From: Macrostomum lignano
Lineage: Eukaryota
DNA length: 64,000 nt
Direction: 5' to 3'
Assembly: GCA_002269645.1 (NCBI GenBank)
Contig: NIVC01002313.1
Location: forward strand, 1 to 64,000
Shown piece after piece: positions 50,181-63,025 of the stretch. The notes beneath the pieces are model-generated. The model did not search any database. It had not been told where the DNA came from and saw only the letters and a list, made by a program, of their open reading frames with translations. The position numbers and the translations under genes were made by a program. Within the stretch, counting starts at the first letter, position 1, and every line of letters starts with the position of its first letter.

Positions 50181-51009
50181 TGCACTTCTGATCAGATTGA
50201 TGGTGCTCTGTTTGATATTTTTTCCATGCTTGAAAAAATCGCGCATTTCCTGCTTCAGTTAGACTACTAAGGCTTGTGCGCCAAGTAGTATGATTCGCCC
50301 ACGAAAGACAAATCTTGTAGACTATAGTTGAAAAACAGTTCTATTTAGCCTGTAAATTTACCAGAATCGTAAATATCAAGGCTTTTTACAATTTTTACAA
50401 CTCAAAAAGGAGAGTGAGTATGTCGCTAAATTGACGGTCTCTAAGAGAATGTCAGTTTATTAAATACAGAAAAATATAGCGATGCAGCTGCATCAGAGTC
50501 TGGACTGTCATGGGGGGCTATTGTGCAGCGCAGATGATATCGCGCGGTGGCCGAAGCTCTTCAGTCAGACAGTCTGTCGCCAGAAGTTGATAATAATCTA
50601 ACACTGCGAGAGGCATTTTTCTGCCTTTAAAGACAAGATAGAAATGACACAAACAGAGCGAGAGCGAAAAAAGCAGAATTGGCAGCAAGTGCGCGTGTGT
50701 TATTGCTTGAAGGCTGCTTACTAAACTGAACTAGGAGTATCTCCGTAATTATGGCGTCATTTGGGGGGGGGTTGGCATTATTTCGGTCGAAGATTGATCA
50801 GAGGGAAAGATGACAGAGAGCTTGTCAGCGCGAATTAATGGAGATGGCGAAAAGGCAGTTGCCATCTGGGGGGGAGGGGGATTGTGTGTGGGAGATCAGT
50901 CGATGACAGCTGTGGGAAATTCGGTTTTCGAACAATGTCAAAAATCTTTTTTGTAGTTTAACTATTTTAGTTTGGGATAGCTGTTTCTGGTAATGTGTTC
51001 AGAGTGATC

Positions 51010-51480
51010 GGAATGAAGGATTTCAGGCATTCAGAGTGAGCTGAATGAAGAATTTCAGGTATTCATAGTGAGCTGAATGAAGGATTTCAGGTATTCATAG
51101 CGAGCTGAATGAAGGATTTCAGGTATTCAGAGTGAGCTGAATGAAGGATTTCAGGTGTTCATTGTGAGCTGAATGAAGGATTTCAGGTATTCATAGTGAG
51201 CTGAATGAAGGATTTCAGGTATTCAGAGTGAGCTGAATGAAGGATTTCAGGTATTCATAGTGAGCTGAATGAAGGATTTCAGGTATTCATAGTGAGCTGA
51301 ATGAAGGATTTCAGGTATTCATAGTGAGCTGAATGAAGGATTTCAGGTATTCATAGTGAGCTGAATGAAGGATTTCAGATATTCACAGCGAGCTGAATGA
51401 AGGATTTCAGGTATTCACAGTGAGCTGAATGAAGGATTTCAGGTATTCATAGTGAGCTGAATGAAGGATTTCAGGTGTTC
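51010..51480. repeat. 32-bp minisatellite (GTGAGCTGAATGAAGGATTTCAGGTATTCATA)
   Basis: About 15 copies. Confidence 0.95.
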
Positions 51481-52104
51481 AGGCTTGACTTCATAATTTC
51501 AATGAGCTCATGGACTCAAATGCAGCAAATGTGCAAACACGGATCAACTGACACCATCTCATCAATCGAACACCGGGTTCTCAATGACAAGCATCAGATC
51601 AACCAATGCAAATAAATGAACTTGCAAGCACCAATTGTCTGGATCCGGGTGGCATCAGATGACCTGCCCAATCAATAGCCCAGGTTGGTTCTGGGCCTAT
51701 TGGAATTGACAAGCACAATGTATAGCATTGCCTGCCTAAGAGCAACAGCTGTTTTGCAGATAGATAGCCCTCTTGCTAGTGGAATCCCAGTTGGGAAGCA
51801 GACTGTAGTTGCCATTCCCCCAGTTGTGTAAGCCTTAGTGGGGGATATTTCAAATGGGATTCAATACAGAGACGCCGAACTGTCTGCCCCTACAGATTCG
51901 CCCCTGTCTGCTCCTTTGTGTGCGCCTGGCTCCCACTTTCCCACCCTTTGTCACTGCTCCATCCGACTGTTGTTATTCATATCGCCTCTTGTGCCTGTCT
52001 GCTTTTGTCTATCGGTATGGGGGCCTGCTGACTTCACCGCTCGGGCCTCATTGCCTGCTCGCATTGTAAGCTGCTCACTCAGCTGCGGCAGACTCACTAC
52101 CCCT

Positions 52105-52177
52105 ACCTTCTCCCCTCTCTCCTCTCTTCTCTCTCCTCTCCCCTCTCTCCTCTCCCCTCTCTCCTCTCCCCTCTCTC

Positions 52178-52208
<31 letters not shown>

Positions 52209-52880
52209 CCCTCTCTCCTCTCCCCTCTCTCCTCTCCCCTCTCTCCTCTCTCCTCTGCCCCTCTCCTCTCCCCTCTCTCCTCTCTCCTCTCCCCTCTCTC
52301 CTCTCCCTCTCTCCTCTCCCCTCTCTCCTCTCTCCTCTCCCCTCTCTCCTCTCTCCTCTCCCCTCTCTCCTCTCTCCTCTCCCCTCTCTCCTCTCCCTCT
52401 CTCCTCTCCCCTCTCCCCTCTCTCCTCTCTTCTCCCCCCTCTCCTCTCCCCTCTCCCTCTCCCCTCTGCCCCCTCTCCTCTCCCCTCTCTCCTCTCTCCT
52501 CTGCCCCCTCTCCTCTCCCCTCTCTCCTCTCCCCCTCTCCTCTGCCCCCTCTCCTCTCCCCTCTCCCTCTCCCCCCCCTCTCTCCCCTCTCTCCTCTGCT
52601 CCTCTCCCCTCTCTCCTCTCTCCTCTCCCCTCTCCCCTCTCTTCTCTCCCCTTTCTCCTCTTTCTCTCCTCTGCCCTCTGCCCTCTGTCCTCTGTCCTCT
52701 CCCCTCTCTCATGTACGGTCTTCCCCTCTCCTCTCCTCTCCCTTTTCTCTCCTCTCTCCTCTCTTCTCTCCTCTTTTCTCTCTCCCCTGTCTCCTCTCTC
52801 CTCTCCCCTCGCTCCTCTCTCCTCTCCCTTCTCTCCTCTCTCTCCTCTCTCCTCCCTCCTCCCTTTTTTTCCATTTTGTC
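52105..52880. repeat. CT-rich low-complexity tract
   Basis: Source of the spurious SPL-rich and ER/GE-rich ORFs. Confidence 0.93.
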
Positions 52881-53634
52881 CTCCCTCTCCAGTCTCCTCT
52901 CCAATCGTACGAATACTCGACCTCCCTTTTGTCCTGGATGCTTTCCCACCACATGCTGTTCCAGATATTCCCAAATATTCGCAGATATTCTCACAGCTAG
53001 CGCAGACAGTCAGACTAGAGCATAACATTAGCATTCATGTTCCAACACAAGCTTGAAACACTCCTTAGCAGAACTTGCATTGAGGCTTCAACCCCCTTCA
53101 GCCCAGCTGTATAGGCAGACCAATGCCAGAGCCAGAAGAAGTCGATAGTCAACAGACAAATTTCCTGTTAAAGCAACACTGGACCTAGAGACCTTAGACT
53201 CAACAGTCAGTGTCCCAAAGAAGACAAAAGTCTGCTTCAATACTGAAAAAACGTTATGTATATTTAGGAGTAGAATGGCGAAAGTGACTTGAACTTCATT
53301 CCTATATGGAGAGTGACTCATCGCAGTGATCCGGTCTATTCATGCGAGTCAGTCATTAAACATAGAAATTTCTGTCTTCAACTAGCAGCATAGATCCACT
53401 CCGCCACTTATTCATAATCGAATGCAAAAATTCAATTTTAATTCGGGAGCTGACTACTTGTTGAGTGGGTTGGGGCTAACTGCTAGCTTCTGGGCTCTGG
53501 TTCCTGCGACACAGGAGATTAGGGTCAAGGATAAGAGATTTGGAAGGCTTTTAAGGACTTACTATTTATTGCTCAGGTCAAGAGGTTCGCCATGATGGGT
53601 CATCGACTAATGTTTGAATCAAGACTTTTATGGG

Positions 53635-54885
53635 CCGAGATTGGTGGTAGATCAGTGGGTCATATTGATATATGGGTCAAGATTGATAGTGGGTCAATGG
53701 GTCATATTGATATATGGGTCAAGATTGATAGTGGGTCAATGGGTCATATTGATATATGGGTCAAGATTGATAGTGGGTCAATGGGTCATATTGATATATG
53801 GGTCAAGATTGATAGTGGGTCAATGGGTCATATTGATATATGGGTCAAGATTGATAGTGGGTCAATGGGTCATATTGATATATGGGTCAAGATTGATAGT
53901 GGGTCAATGGGTCATATTGATATATGGGTCAAGATTGATAGTGGGTCAATGGGTCATATTGATATATGGGTCAAGATTGATAGTGGGTCAATGGGTCATA
54001 ATGATATTTGGGTCAAGATTGATAGTGGGTCAATGGGTCATATTGATAGTGGGTCAATGGGTCATATTGATAGTGGGTCAATGGGTCATATTGATAGTGG
54101 ATCAATGGGTCATATTGATATTTGGGTCAAGTTTTGGGGTAGTCAGTGGGTCATATTGATATTTGGGTCGAGACTCGAGATTGGTCGATCAGTGAGTCAT
54201 ATTGATAATTGGGTCAAGTTTGGTATTGGGTCAGTGGGTCATATTGATATTTGGGTCAAGTTTGGTGTTGGGTCAGTGGGTCATATTGATATTTGGGTCA
54301 AGTTGGTGTTGGGTCAGTGGGTCATATTGATATTTGGGTCAAGTTTTGGGGTGTGTCAGTAGGTCATATTGATATTTAAGTCAAAATTAAATTGACAGTG
54401 GGTCAATGGGTCATATTGATATATGGGTCAAGATTGATAGTGGGTCAATGGGTCATATTGATATTTGGGTCAAGTTTTGGGGTGTGTCAGTTAGTCATAT
54501 TGATATTTAAGTCAAAATTAAATTGACAGTGGGTCAATGGGTCATATTGATATTTGGGTCAAGATTGGGGGTGGGTTAGTGGATCATATTGACATTTGGG
54601 TCGAGATTGGTGGATCAGTGAGTCATATTGATATTTGGGTCAAGTTTGGTATTAGATTAATAGGTCATATTGATATTTAGGTCAAGTTTAGTGTTGGGTC
54701 AGTGGGTCATATTGATATTTAGGTCAAGTTTGGTGTTGGGTCAGTGGGTCATATTGATATTTCGGTCAAGTTTGGTGTTGGGTCAGTGGGTCATATTGAT
54801 ATTTGGGTTAAGATTGGTGTTGGGTCAGTGGGTCATATTGATATTTGGGTCAAGTTTGGTATTGGGTCAGTGGGTCATCATATTT
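53635..54885. repeat. 42-bp satellite built from GGGTCA sub-repeats
   Basis: GGGTCAATGGGTCATATTGATATATGGGTCAAGATTGATAGT; homogeneous 5' part, divergent 3' part. Confidence 0.95.
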
Positions 54886-55429
54886 GGGTTGAGATTCAAT
54901 TATGCATCAGTCTCCGGGTCAAAGCTATAGGAACGGACTCAAGTTGATGTTATATTGGAATTGATATTAGCAACCAGTAGCAGTACAAAGCATAAACGCG
55001 CCATGCACCGTATTAGTTGAATGGATGATTTAAATGAAATGAGCAGGGCAAACATTGAGGGCGCATTCGAGTTCAGCATGGCTTGGGAACTGGTTGCACT
55101 TAAAAAACTGCAGGATTATAAAACTGCAGAGCAGAGGATTAGCAATTAGCAAATGGAGATGTTGGGGTTGGGCGCGATGCGTGCGTTTGGACGAGTGCCA
55201 GGGCAGGGCAATGATTTCAGCTGCGAAGAGGCAGAGGACTGGCTTTGATCAAAGCAGAGGCAGCTGCTTATCGGCCCTTTGAACTCGAAAGACTGAAGAG
55301 CTGAGGCTGCCGGTTTTCATTTGTTTTGCCGCCTGCCCCCCCCCCCATAGAGCCGCATAATTGCACAGTTATTGCTCACTCAGTGCTCATCTCCACTTGT
55401 CTTTACCTGACTCTCCACTATCTACATCT

Positions 55430-56450
55430 CTAGACTCTCTCTATCTATCCTCTTTATCTACCGTCTCTATCTACCATCTCTATCTACCGTCTCTATCTAC
55501 CGTCTCTATCTACCGTCTCTATCTACCGTCTCTATCTACCGTCTGTATCTACCGTCTCTATCTACCGTCTGTATCTACCGTCTCTATCTACCGTCTCTAT
55601 CTACCGTCTGTATCTACCGTCTCTATCTACCGTCTCTATCTACCGTCTCCCTCTACCGTCTGTATCTACCGTCTGTATATACCGTCTGTATCTACCGTCT
55701 CTATCTACCGTCTGTATCTACCGTCTCTATCTACCGTCTGTATCTACCGTCTCTATCTACCGTCTGTATCTACCGTCTCCCTCTGCCGTCTGTATCTACC
55801 GTCTGTATATACCGTTCGTATCTACCGTCTCTATCTACCGTCTGTATCTACCGTCTGTATATACCGTTCGTATCTACCGTCTCTATCTACCGTCTGTATC
55901 TACCGTCTCTATCTACCGTCTCTATCTACCGTCTCCCTCTACCGTCTGTATCTACCGTCTGTATATACCGTCTGTATCTACCGTCTCTATCTACCGTCTG
56001 TATCTACCGTCTCTATCTACCGTCTGTATCTACCGTCTCTATCTACCGTCTCTATCTACCGTCTCCCTCTACCGTCTGTATCTACCGTCTGTATATACCG
56101 TCTGTATCTACCGTCTCTATCTACCGTCTGTATCTACCGTCTCTATCTACCGTCTGTATCTACCGTCTCTATCTACCGTCTGTATCTACCGTCTCCCTCT
56201 GCCGTCTGTATCTACCGTCTGTATATACCGTTCGTATCTACCGTCTCTATCTACCGTCTCTATCTACCGTCTGTATCTACCGTCTCTATCTACCGTCTCT
56301 ATCTACCGTCTCCCTCTGCCGTCTGTATCTACCGTCTGTATATACCGTTCGTATCTACCGTCTCTATCTACCGTCTCTATCTACCGTCTGTATCTACCGT
56401 CTGTATCTACCGTCTCTATCTACCATCTCTATCTACCGTCGGTATCTACC
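55430..56450. repeat. 13-bp satellite (CTATCTACCGTCT)
   Basis: About 78 copies. Confidence 0.96.
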
Positions 56451-56454
56451 CACA

Positions 56455-56620
56455 AACCTACCTGACTCACAAACCTACCTGATTCACAAATCTACCTGAC
56501 TCACAAATCTACCTGACCCACAAATCTACCTGACTCACAAATCAACCTGACTCACAAATCAACCTGACTCACAAATCTACCTGACTCACAAATCTACCTT
56601 GGCCCACAAAATCTACCTTG
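56455..56620. repeat. Short array of the 17-bp ACCTGACTCACAAATCT repeat
   Basis: About 9 copies; same family as 59185-60635. Confidence 0.9.
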
Positions 56621-57227
56621 ATCTACCGTCTCAATCTATTGTCTCTATCTCCAACTACCATCTCCCCCGCTATCTACCTCTCTATCTCTCTTGATCTACT
56701 ATCTCAATCCTCTCCTCTCCGCCCTGTCTGCCTCATTCTCTAACTCATAAATACCCTCAACTGCAGTCAGAGAATCAACAGGATACTCTGTGCGTATTTT
56801 TCAACGCACACCCAAGACACGCCTGACTTCCCACCTCAGCCGCAGGCAACCGATGTTGCTTTAAAAAAGCATTTTTGCATGCAGTCAGCCGTTGTAGCCC
56901 TGCTGCAAGCTGCAACTGCACAAGCAGCAAGGATTACAATAACAAATGCAGGGGATTCTGACTTGATTTTTTTCCTCTGATTTTCCATTTTTTAGTGCGT
57001 CGACTAGATTTCGGTGTCACGAGACCTCATCCCAAAATCCCAAAATCCTATACATTAGCTTTCTGTTCAGGAAATACTCGGATATTTTTTCCATTGCTCG
57101 ACTTAAACAAAGCTAATTATTGTTTACCTGTTGGTTTTGAGCTAAGAATACTGATTAGGAATATCATGGCTTCCCAAAAGTACTGGCAAAAGTAATGTAT
57201 ATGGCCCCTGGAGCTGGAAACCATCCC

Positions 57228-57705
57228 TATGAACCGGCAACCCTAAACTGAACCGGCAACCCTAAACTGAACCGGCAACCCTCAACTGAACCGTCAACCC
57301 TCAACTGAACCGGCAACCCTCAACTGAACCGGCAACCCTCAACTGAACCGTCAACCCTCAACTGAACCGGCAACCCTCAACTGAACCGGCAACCCTCAAC
57401 CGAACCGGCAACCCTCAACTGAACCGGCAACCCTCAACTGAACCGGCAACCCACAGCTAAACCGGCAACCCTCAACTGAACCGGCAACCCTCAACTGAAC
57501 CGGCAACCCTCAACTGAACCGGCAACCCTCAACTGAACCGGCAACCCACAGCTAAACCGGCAACCCTCAACTGAACCGGCAACCCACAGCTAAACCGTCA
57601 ACCCTCAACAGAACCGGCAACCCTTAACTGAACCGGCAACCCCTCAGCTAAACCGGCAACCCAACTGAACCGGCAACCCTCAACTGAACCGGCAACCCCT
57701 TGAAC
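57228..57705. repeat. 19-bp minisatellite (AACTGAACCGGCAACCCTC)
   Basis: About 25 copies starting about 20 nt past the distal-exon donor. Confidence 0.95.
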
Positions 57706-57725
57706 TAAACCAGCACTAAACTCAC

Positions 57726-57867
57726 CGAGATGGCTGCCATAGTCGGTAGAGAACGCCGACGACTCCGCAGACTGCAGAGCCGTGGATTCGGTGGCGAACT
57801 GGCTGTTCAGAAAAATCAGCAACAGCCAACCAAGTAGCGGCGGGAACAGCCGCGACTGCCTTTTCAT
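57726..57867 (-). CDS. UNC5: Candidate distal first exon of UNC5 (signal peptide)
   Basis: MKRQSRLFPPLLGWLLLIFLNSQFATEST...GSHL G|gtgagt; 47 codons plus 1 nt (phase 1), compatible with acceptors 43061 and 43079. Basic n-region followed by a hydrophobic h-region. Confidence 0.6.
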
Positions 57868-57960
57868 TGCTGTCTGAAGAAATTTCACCAGAAATTGCGC
57901 TTCACATTCTGTAATTCTGGCCGATCCAAGAAGCCGCGCGCTCGTTTTGAAATTGAATCT

Positions 57961-58010
57961 AAAATGGCAGCCCACGGTGGCTGCGATTGGCTGGACGGTT
58001 AGCAGCCAAT
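57961..58010 (-). promoter_or_regulatory. Candidate distal UNC5 promoter (two CCAAT boxes, YY1-like AAAATGGC)
   Basis: ATTGG 57986-57990, CCAAT 58006-58010 and AAAATGGC 57961-57968, about 95-145 nt upstream of ATG 57867. Confidence 0.4.
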
Positions 58011-58199
58011 GGCAGCCTGTTTAGCTGGTTGGGCTAACTAGACACCTACCTACCTGTATCTGCGCCGGCACTCAATCTTGCTCAGGGACACTCTAATAGA
58101 CAATTGGACTCGAAGCTGATCGAATAACAAGCGAAGCACTTTCGCTTTGTTTAAATACGATATTTTTTTCTTTATGGAGATTATTTATTTAAAGCATAA

Positions 58200-58620
58200 G
58201 TACCTCTCTCCGTATCTACCTATCGACTCTTGTATCTACTTCTCTACTCTTCTATCTACCTATCTAATATTCTATTTACCTCTCTACTATGCTATCTACC
58301 TCTCTACTCTTCTATCTACTTCTTGACTATTCTATTTACCTCTCGACTACTCTATCTACCTCTCTACTTTTCTATCTACATCTCGACTACTCTATCTACC
58401 TCTCTACTCTTCTATCTACATCTCGACTATTCTATCTACCTCTCTACTTTTCTATCTACATCTCGACTATTCTATCTACCTCTCTACTTTTCTATCTACA
58501 TCTCGACTACTCTATCTACCTCTCTACTCTTCTATCTACTTCTCTACTCTTCTATCTACTTCTCGGCTATTCTATTTACCTCTCGACTATTCTATCTACT
58601 TCCTTCTCTACTCTCCTCTT
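58200..58620. repeat. About 20-bp TCTATCTAC-rich degenerate array
   Basis: Tandem TCTATCTACCTCTCTACTCT-like units. Confidence 0.85.
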
Positions 58621-59184
58621 TACTTCTCTACTCAAATCGTTTTTCACAGAGTAGAGAATTCAGTCCAGATACATCCAGGTGTCCCTGGCTGTGGTTGCTC
58701 ATTTTTTAGCTAAAAAAAACTTTCCAAAACTTACCATTCAGGCGCAGACGGACCTTATAGCAAGGCCAGGTTCTGAGCTACATAACTTTTGTTACAGGTT
58801 GGCCATTGTTAGCTTAATGATGCTTCACAAAGTCTGTCTTAATGCCCCCTCTCTCTCTCTCTGTTCATTCCGTCGTGTTTTGTCTGAAGTGGACCTTTAT
58901 TATGCAGAAATTATTTTATATTGCTCTTGCTGCCTGTGAGACACCCCCCCCCCTGTGTTGAGCCTGAGAACAAGAGTTGTATAAAATAATAAGAGGCTAA
59001 GAATAAGCAGATCACACAGATTAAACAAGAAAATAGATGTTTTTATCGTGTTGTGCAAGCGCCAGGTCTGAGAAATCTTTACCTTTGCTGACTGCGGGAT
59101 CTGCATGTATAATCTGCTAGAAATATTTTATAAACTAGCCCAGAACTGGACACAGTGAACCAATGAATGAACGTGATTCATGAC

Positions 59185-60635
59185 TGCCTGACCCACAAAT
59201 CTACCTGACCCACAAACCTACCTGACCCACAAATCTACCTGACCCACAAACCTACCTGACCCACAAATCTACCTGACCCACAAACCTACCTGACCCACAA
59301 ATCTACCTGACCCACAAACCTACCTGACCCACAAATCTACCTGACCCACAAATCTACCTGACCCACAAATCTACCTGACCCACAAATCTACAAGACTCAC
59401 AAATCTACCTGACCCACAAACCTACCTGACCCACAAATCTACCTCACCCAAAAACCTACCTGACCCACAAATATACCTGACTCACAAACCTACCTGACCC
59501 ACAAATCTACCTGACCCACAAATCTACCTGACCCACAAATCTACCTGACCCACAAATCTACAAGACTCACAAATCTACAAGACTCACAAATCTTCCTGAC
59601 CCACAAATCTACCTGACCCACAAATCTACCTGACCCACAAATCTACCTGACCCACAAATCTACCTGACCCAAAAATCTACCTGACCCACAAATCTACCTG
59701 ACCCACAAATCTACCTGACCCACAAATCTACCTGACCCACAAATCTACCTGACCCACAAATCTACCTGACCCACAAATCTTCCTGACCCACAAATCTACT
59801 GGCCCACAAATCTACCTGATCCATCAAACCTACCTGACCCACAAATCTACCTGACCCAATAATCTTCCTGACCCAAAAATCTAACTGACCCAATAATCTA
59901 CCTGACCCAATAATCTACCTGACCCAAAAATCTACCTGACCCACAAATCTACCTGACCCACAAATCTACCTTGACCCAAAAAATCTACCTGACCCACAAA
60001 TCTACAAGACTCACAAATCTTCCTGACCACAAATCTACCTGACCCACAAATCTACCTTGACCCAAAAAATCTACCTTGACCCACAAATCTACCTTGACCC
60101 ACAAATCTACCTGACCCACAAATCTACCTTGACCCAAAAAATCTACCTTGACCCACAAATCTACCTTGACCCACAAATCTACCTGACCCACAAATCTACC
60201 TGACCCACAAATCTACCTGACCCACAAATCTACCTGACCCACAAATCTACCTGACCCAAAAATCTACCTGACCCACAAATCTACCTGACTCACAAATCTA
60301 CCTGCCAAAAAATCTACCTGACCCACAAATCTACCTGACCCACAAATCTACCTGACTCACAAATCTACCTGACCCACAAAGCTACCTGACCCACAAATCT
60401 ACCTGACCCACAAACCTACCTGACCCACAAATCTACCTGACCCACAAATCTACCTGACCCACAAACCTACCTGACCCACAAATCTACCTGACTCACAAAT
60501 CTACCTGACCCACAAACCTACCTGACCCACAAATCTACCTGACCCACAAATCTGCCTGACCCACAAATCTACTTAACTCACAAGTCTACCTCACTTACAA
60601 ATCTACCTTGACCTACAAATCTACCTGACCCACAA
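59185..60635. repeat. 17-bp satellite (ACCTGACCCACAAATCT)
   Basis: About 85 copies. Confidence 0.97.
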
Positions 60636-61239
60636 AAAGTGCAACAGATGTTTCCCCACAAGCTCATTAACTTCAGTAACTCCACCCAAGAAGAACTCCA
60701 ATCAATCACATCGTCTTGATGCAAAAACAAACCTGCAGGTAGAAACGCATTTTGCATTTCTGTTTATAAGCTACTAAAATGAGAGAGCAAAGATGCAGCA
60801 AAGCTGATAACCGAAGCACAAGGCAGTCCAGGTTCCGATTCGAAGCGGCTTACGGGGTGTGGCCAGAGCCTCAGCCCAGGTGCGCGGAGACCCCCACTTA
60901 TCGGATCAAATAACATTTTGCTCGCCTCTCAGTAATTGCATTCGCGCGTTTCTCCAATGAGACACGCCCTGTTTTGGCAAAATTTTCTACTCAGAAAAAA
61001 CTGTAATGGAAGATGGTGAAGTCCCGTTCCATTAGAGTTAATCTTTTAGCGTACAATTTCTCAATCTGATGGTTGCTAGCCTGGGTGAGTTCTTCATCGT
61101 GGCCTTCTCTCTGTGAGTAGGAATTGAAATATCTGTCTCAAATTTTCAAAGCCTCTTTGTTTCTCTCTAAAGATTGTCAGGTGCCTGGGTGATAAAATAT
61201 GAAGCATATGATTGGTCAATCTGCCCATTTTAGAAGATG

Positions 61240-61995
61240 AGAGAGTAGAGATGAGAGAGTAAATGAGATTAGAGATAAGAAAGTAGGTGAGATTAGAGAT
61301 GAGAGTAGAGGTGAGAGAGTAGATGAGAGAGCAAATGATAGCAAATGTGAGATAAGAGCGTGTAGAAATGAGATATTAAATGAGAGAGTAGATGAGAGAG
61401 GAGATGGGAGAGTCAACGAGAATAAAGATAAGAGAGGAGATAAGAGAGGACATACAAGTATGAGAGGAGATGCGAGTAGAGATGAGAGAGTAGACGAGAG
61501 GTAATGAGAGAGTAGGCGAGAGGAGATGAGAGAGTAGACGAGAGGTGATGAGAGAGTAGACGAGAGGAGATGAGAGAGTAGGCGAGAGGAGATGAGAGAG
61601 TAGGCGAGAGGTGATGAGAGAGTAGGCGAGAGGTGATGAGAGAGTAGACGAGAGGTGATGAGAGAGTAGGCGAGAGGAGATGAGAGTAGATATGATAGAG
61701 TAGATTAGAGGGGATGAGAGAGCAGATATAAGAGGAGATGAGAGTAGAGATAAGAGAGTAGACGAGAGGAGATAAGAAAGTAGGCGAGATGAGAGTAGAT
61801 ATGAGAGAGTAGATTAGAGGAGATGAGAGAGTAGATATTAGAAGAGATGAGAGTAGAGATAAGAAAGTAGACGAGAGGAGATGAGAAAGTAGGCGAGAGG
61901 AGATGAGAGTAGATATTAGAGGAGATGAGAGTAGATACGAGAGAGTGGATTACGCTCGTAGAGTAGATGAGAAATTAGATATGACAGGAGATGAG
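61240..61995. repeat. GA-rich degenerate array (GAGAGTAGA/GAGGAGAT)
   Basis: Polypurine tandem units. Confidence 0.85.
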
Positions 61996-62519
61996 CATCT
62001 GGAGACCCTAACAAAGAAGTGAAATGGTTTTTAGCTTCATTGTTAAAACAACTTCAAGCTCAAGCGCGCACCAGGTCTCACAACATACATTAGTCATTGA
62101 AACAACTCCCTCCAGTTTTGACTTCTGTTTCAAATTCGGTGTTGCATAGAAATTGACTAATTCTCTAGCATGCTGGTATCATTAAAGTTGACGCATCTGT
62201 TACAGACTGCAGGTGCAGGGTCTGACATTTCACAGAGCACACAATATATTAACATGACAGTAATTGGCTGCATGGTAAGAACAATACAATTTGATTCTGA
62301 CAAAAGCCCGGGGGGGGGGTTGCGGGTTCGAAATCCTGGCTGAACCCATGTCGTGACGCAACGCTGAGACTTCTGAATAAGCTATTAGACAGAAACACAA
62401 CTAGATGGTTATCGCTTGCAACTGGTAGCGAATAATGGATTGACGGGCGGTGGGGTACAGGACAGGTCTTCTGCTTAAAGAATTATCGTGTAGAATTGAG
62501 AGAATTTCTGGATTAAACT

Positions 62520-63025
62520 GAAATGAAGAGAAATGAAAATAAACAAGATAGAGAGATGAGAGGGGAGATGGGGAAGAGACAAGATGAGACAGGAAGAATA
62601 TAAATTGGGAGAGGGGGAGGATGAAATGAGAGATTGGGGAGGGGAAAGATGAGAGGGGAGAGCGGAGAGGTGAGATGAGAGAAAGGAGAGATGAGAGGGG
62701 AGAGGGGGGAGATGAGATAAGAAAGGGGAGAAAAGAGATGGGAGAGGGGAGAAATCAGATGAGAGAGGGGATGAGAAGGAGAGGGGGATATGAGATGAGA
62801 GGGGAGATGAGATGAGAGAGGGGAGAGATGAGGTGGGAGAGGGGAGAGATGAGATGGGAGAGGGGAGAGATGAGATAAGAGAGGGGAGATGAGATAAGAG
62901 AGGGGGAGATGAGATGAGAGAGGGGGAGATGAGATGAGAGATGGGGAGATGAGATGAGAGAGGGAGAGATGAGATGGGAGAGGGGGAGATGAGATGAGAG
63001 ACGGGAGAGATGACAGGAAGAGAAA
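62520..63025. repeat. GA-rich degenerate array (GGGGAGATGAGAT)
   Basis: Polypurine tandem units. Confidence 0.85.

Noticed and set aside
62325-62336. Isolated box-B-like GGTTCGAAATCC
   Set aside because: No box A or cloverleaf; not a tRNA or clear SINE.
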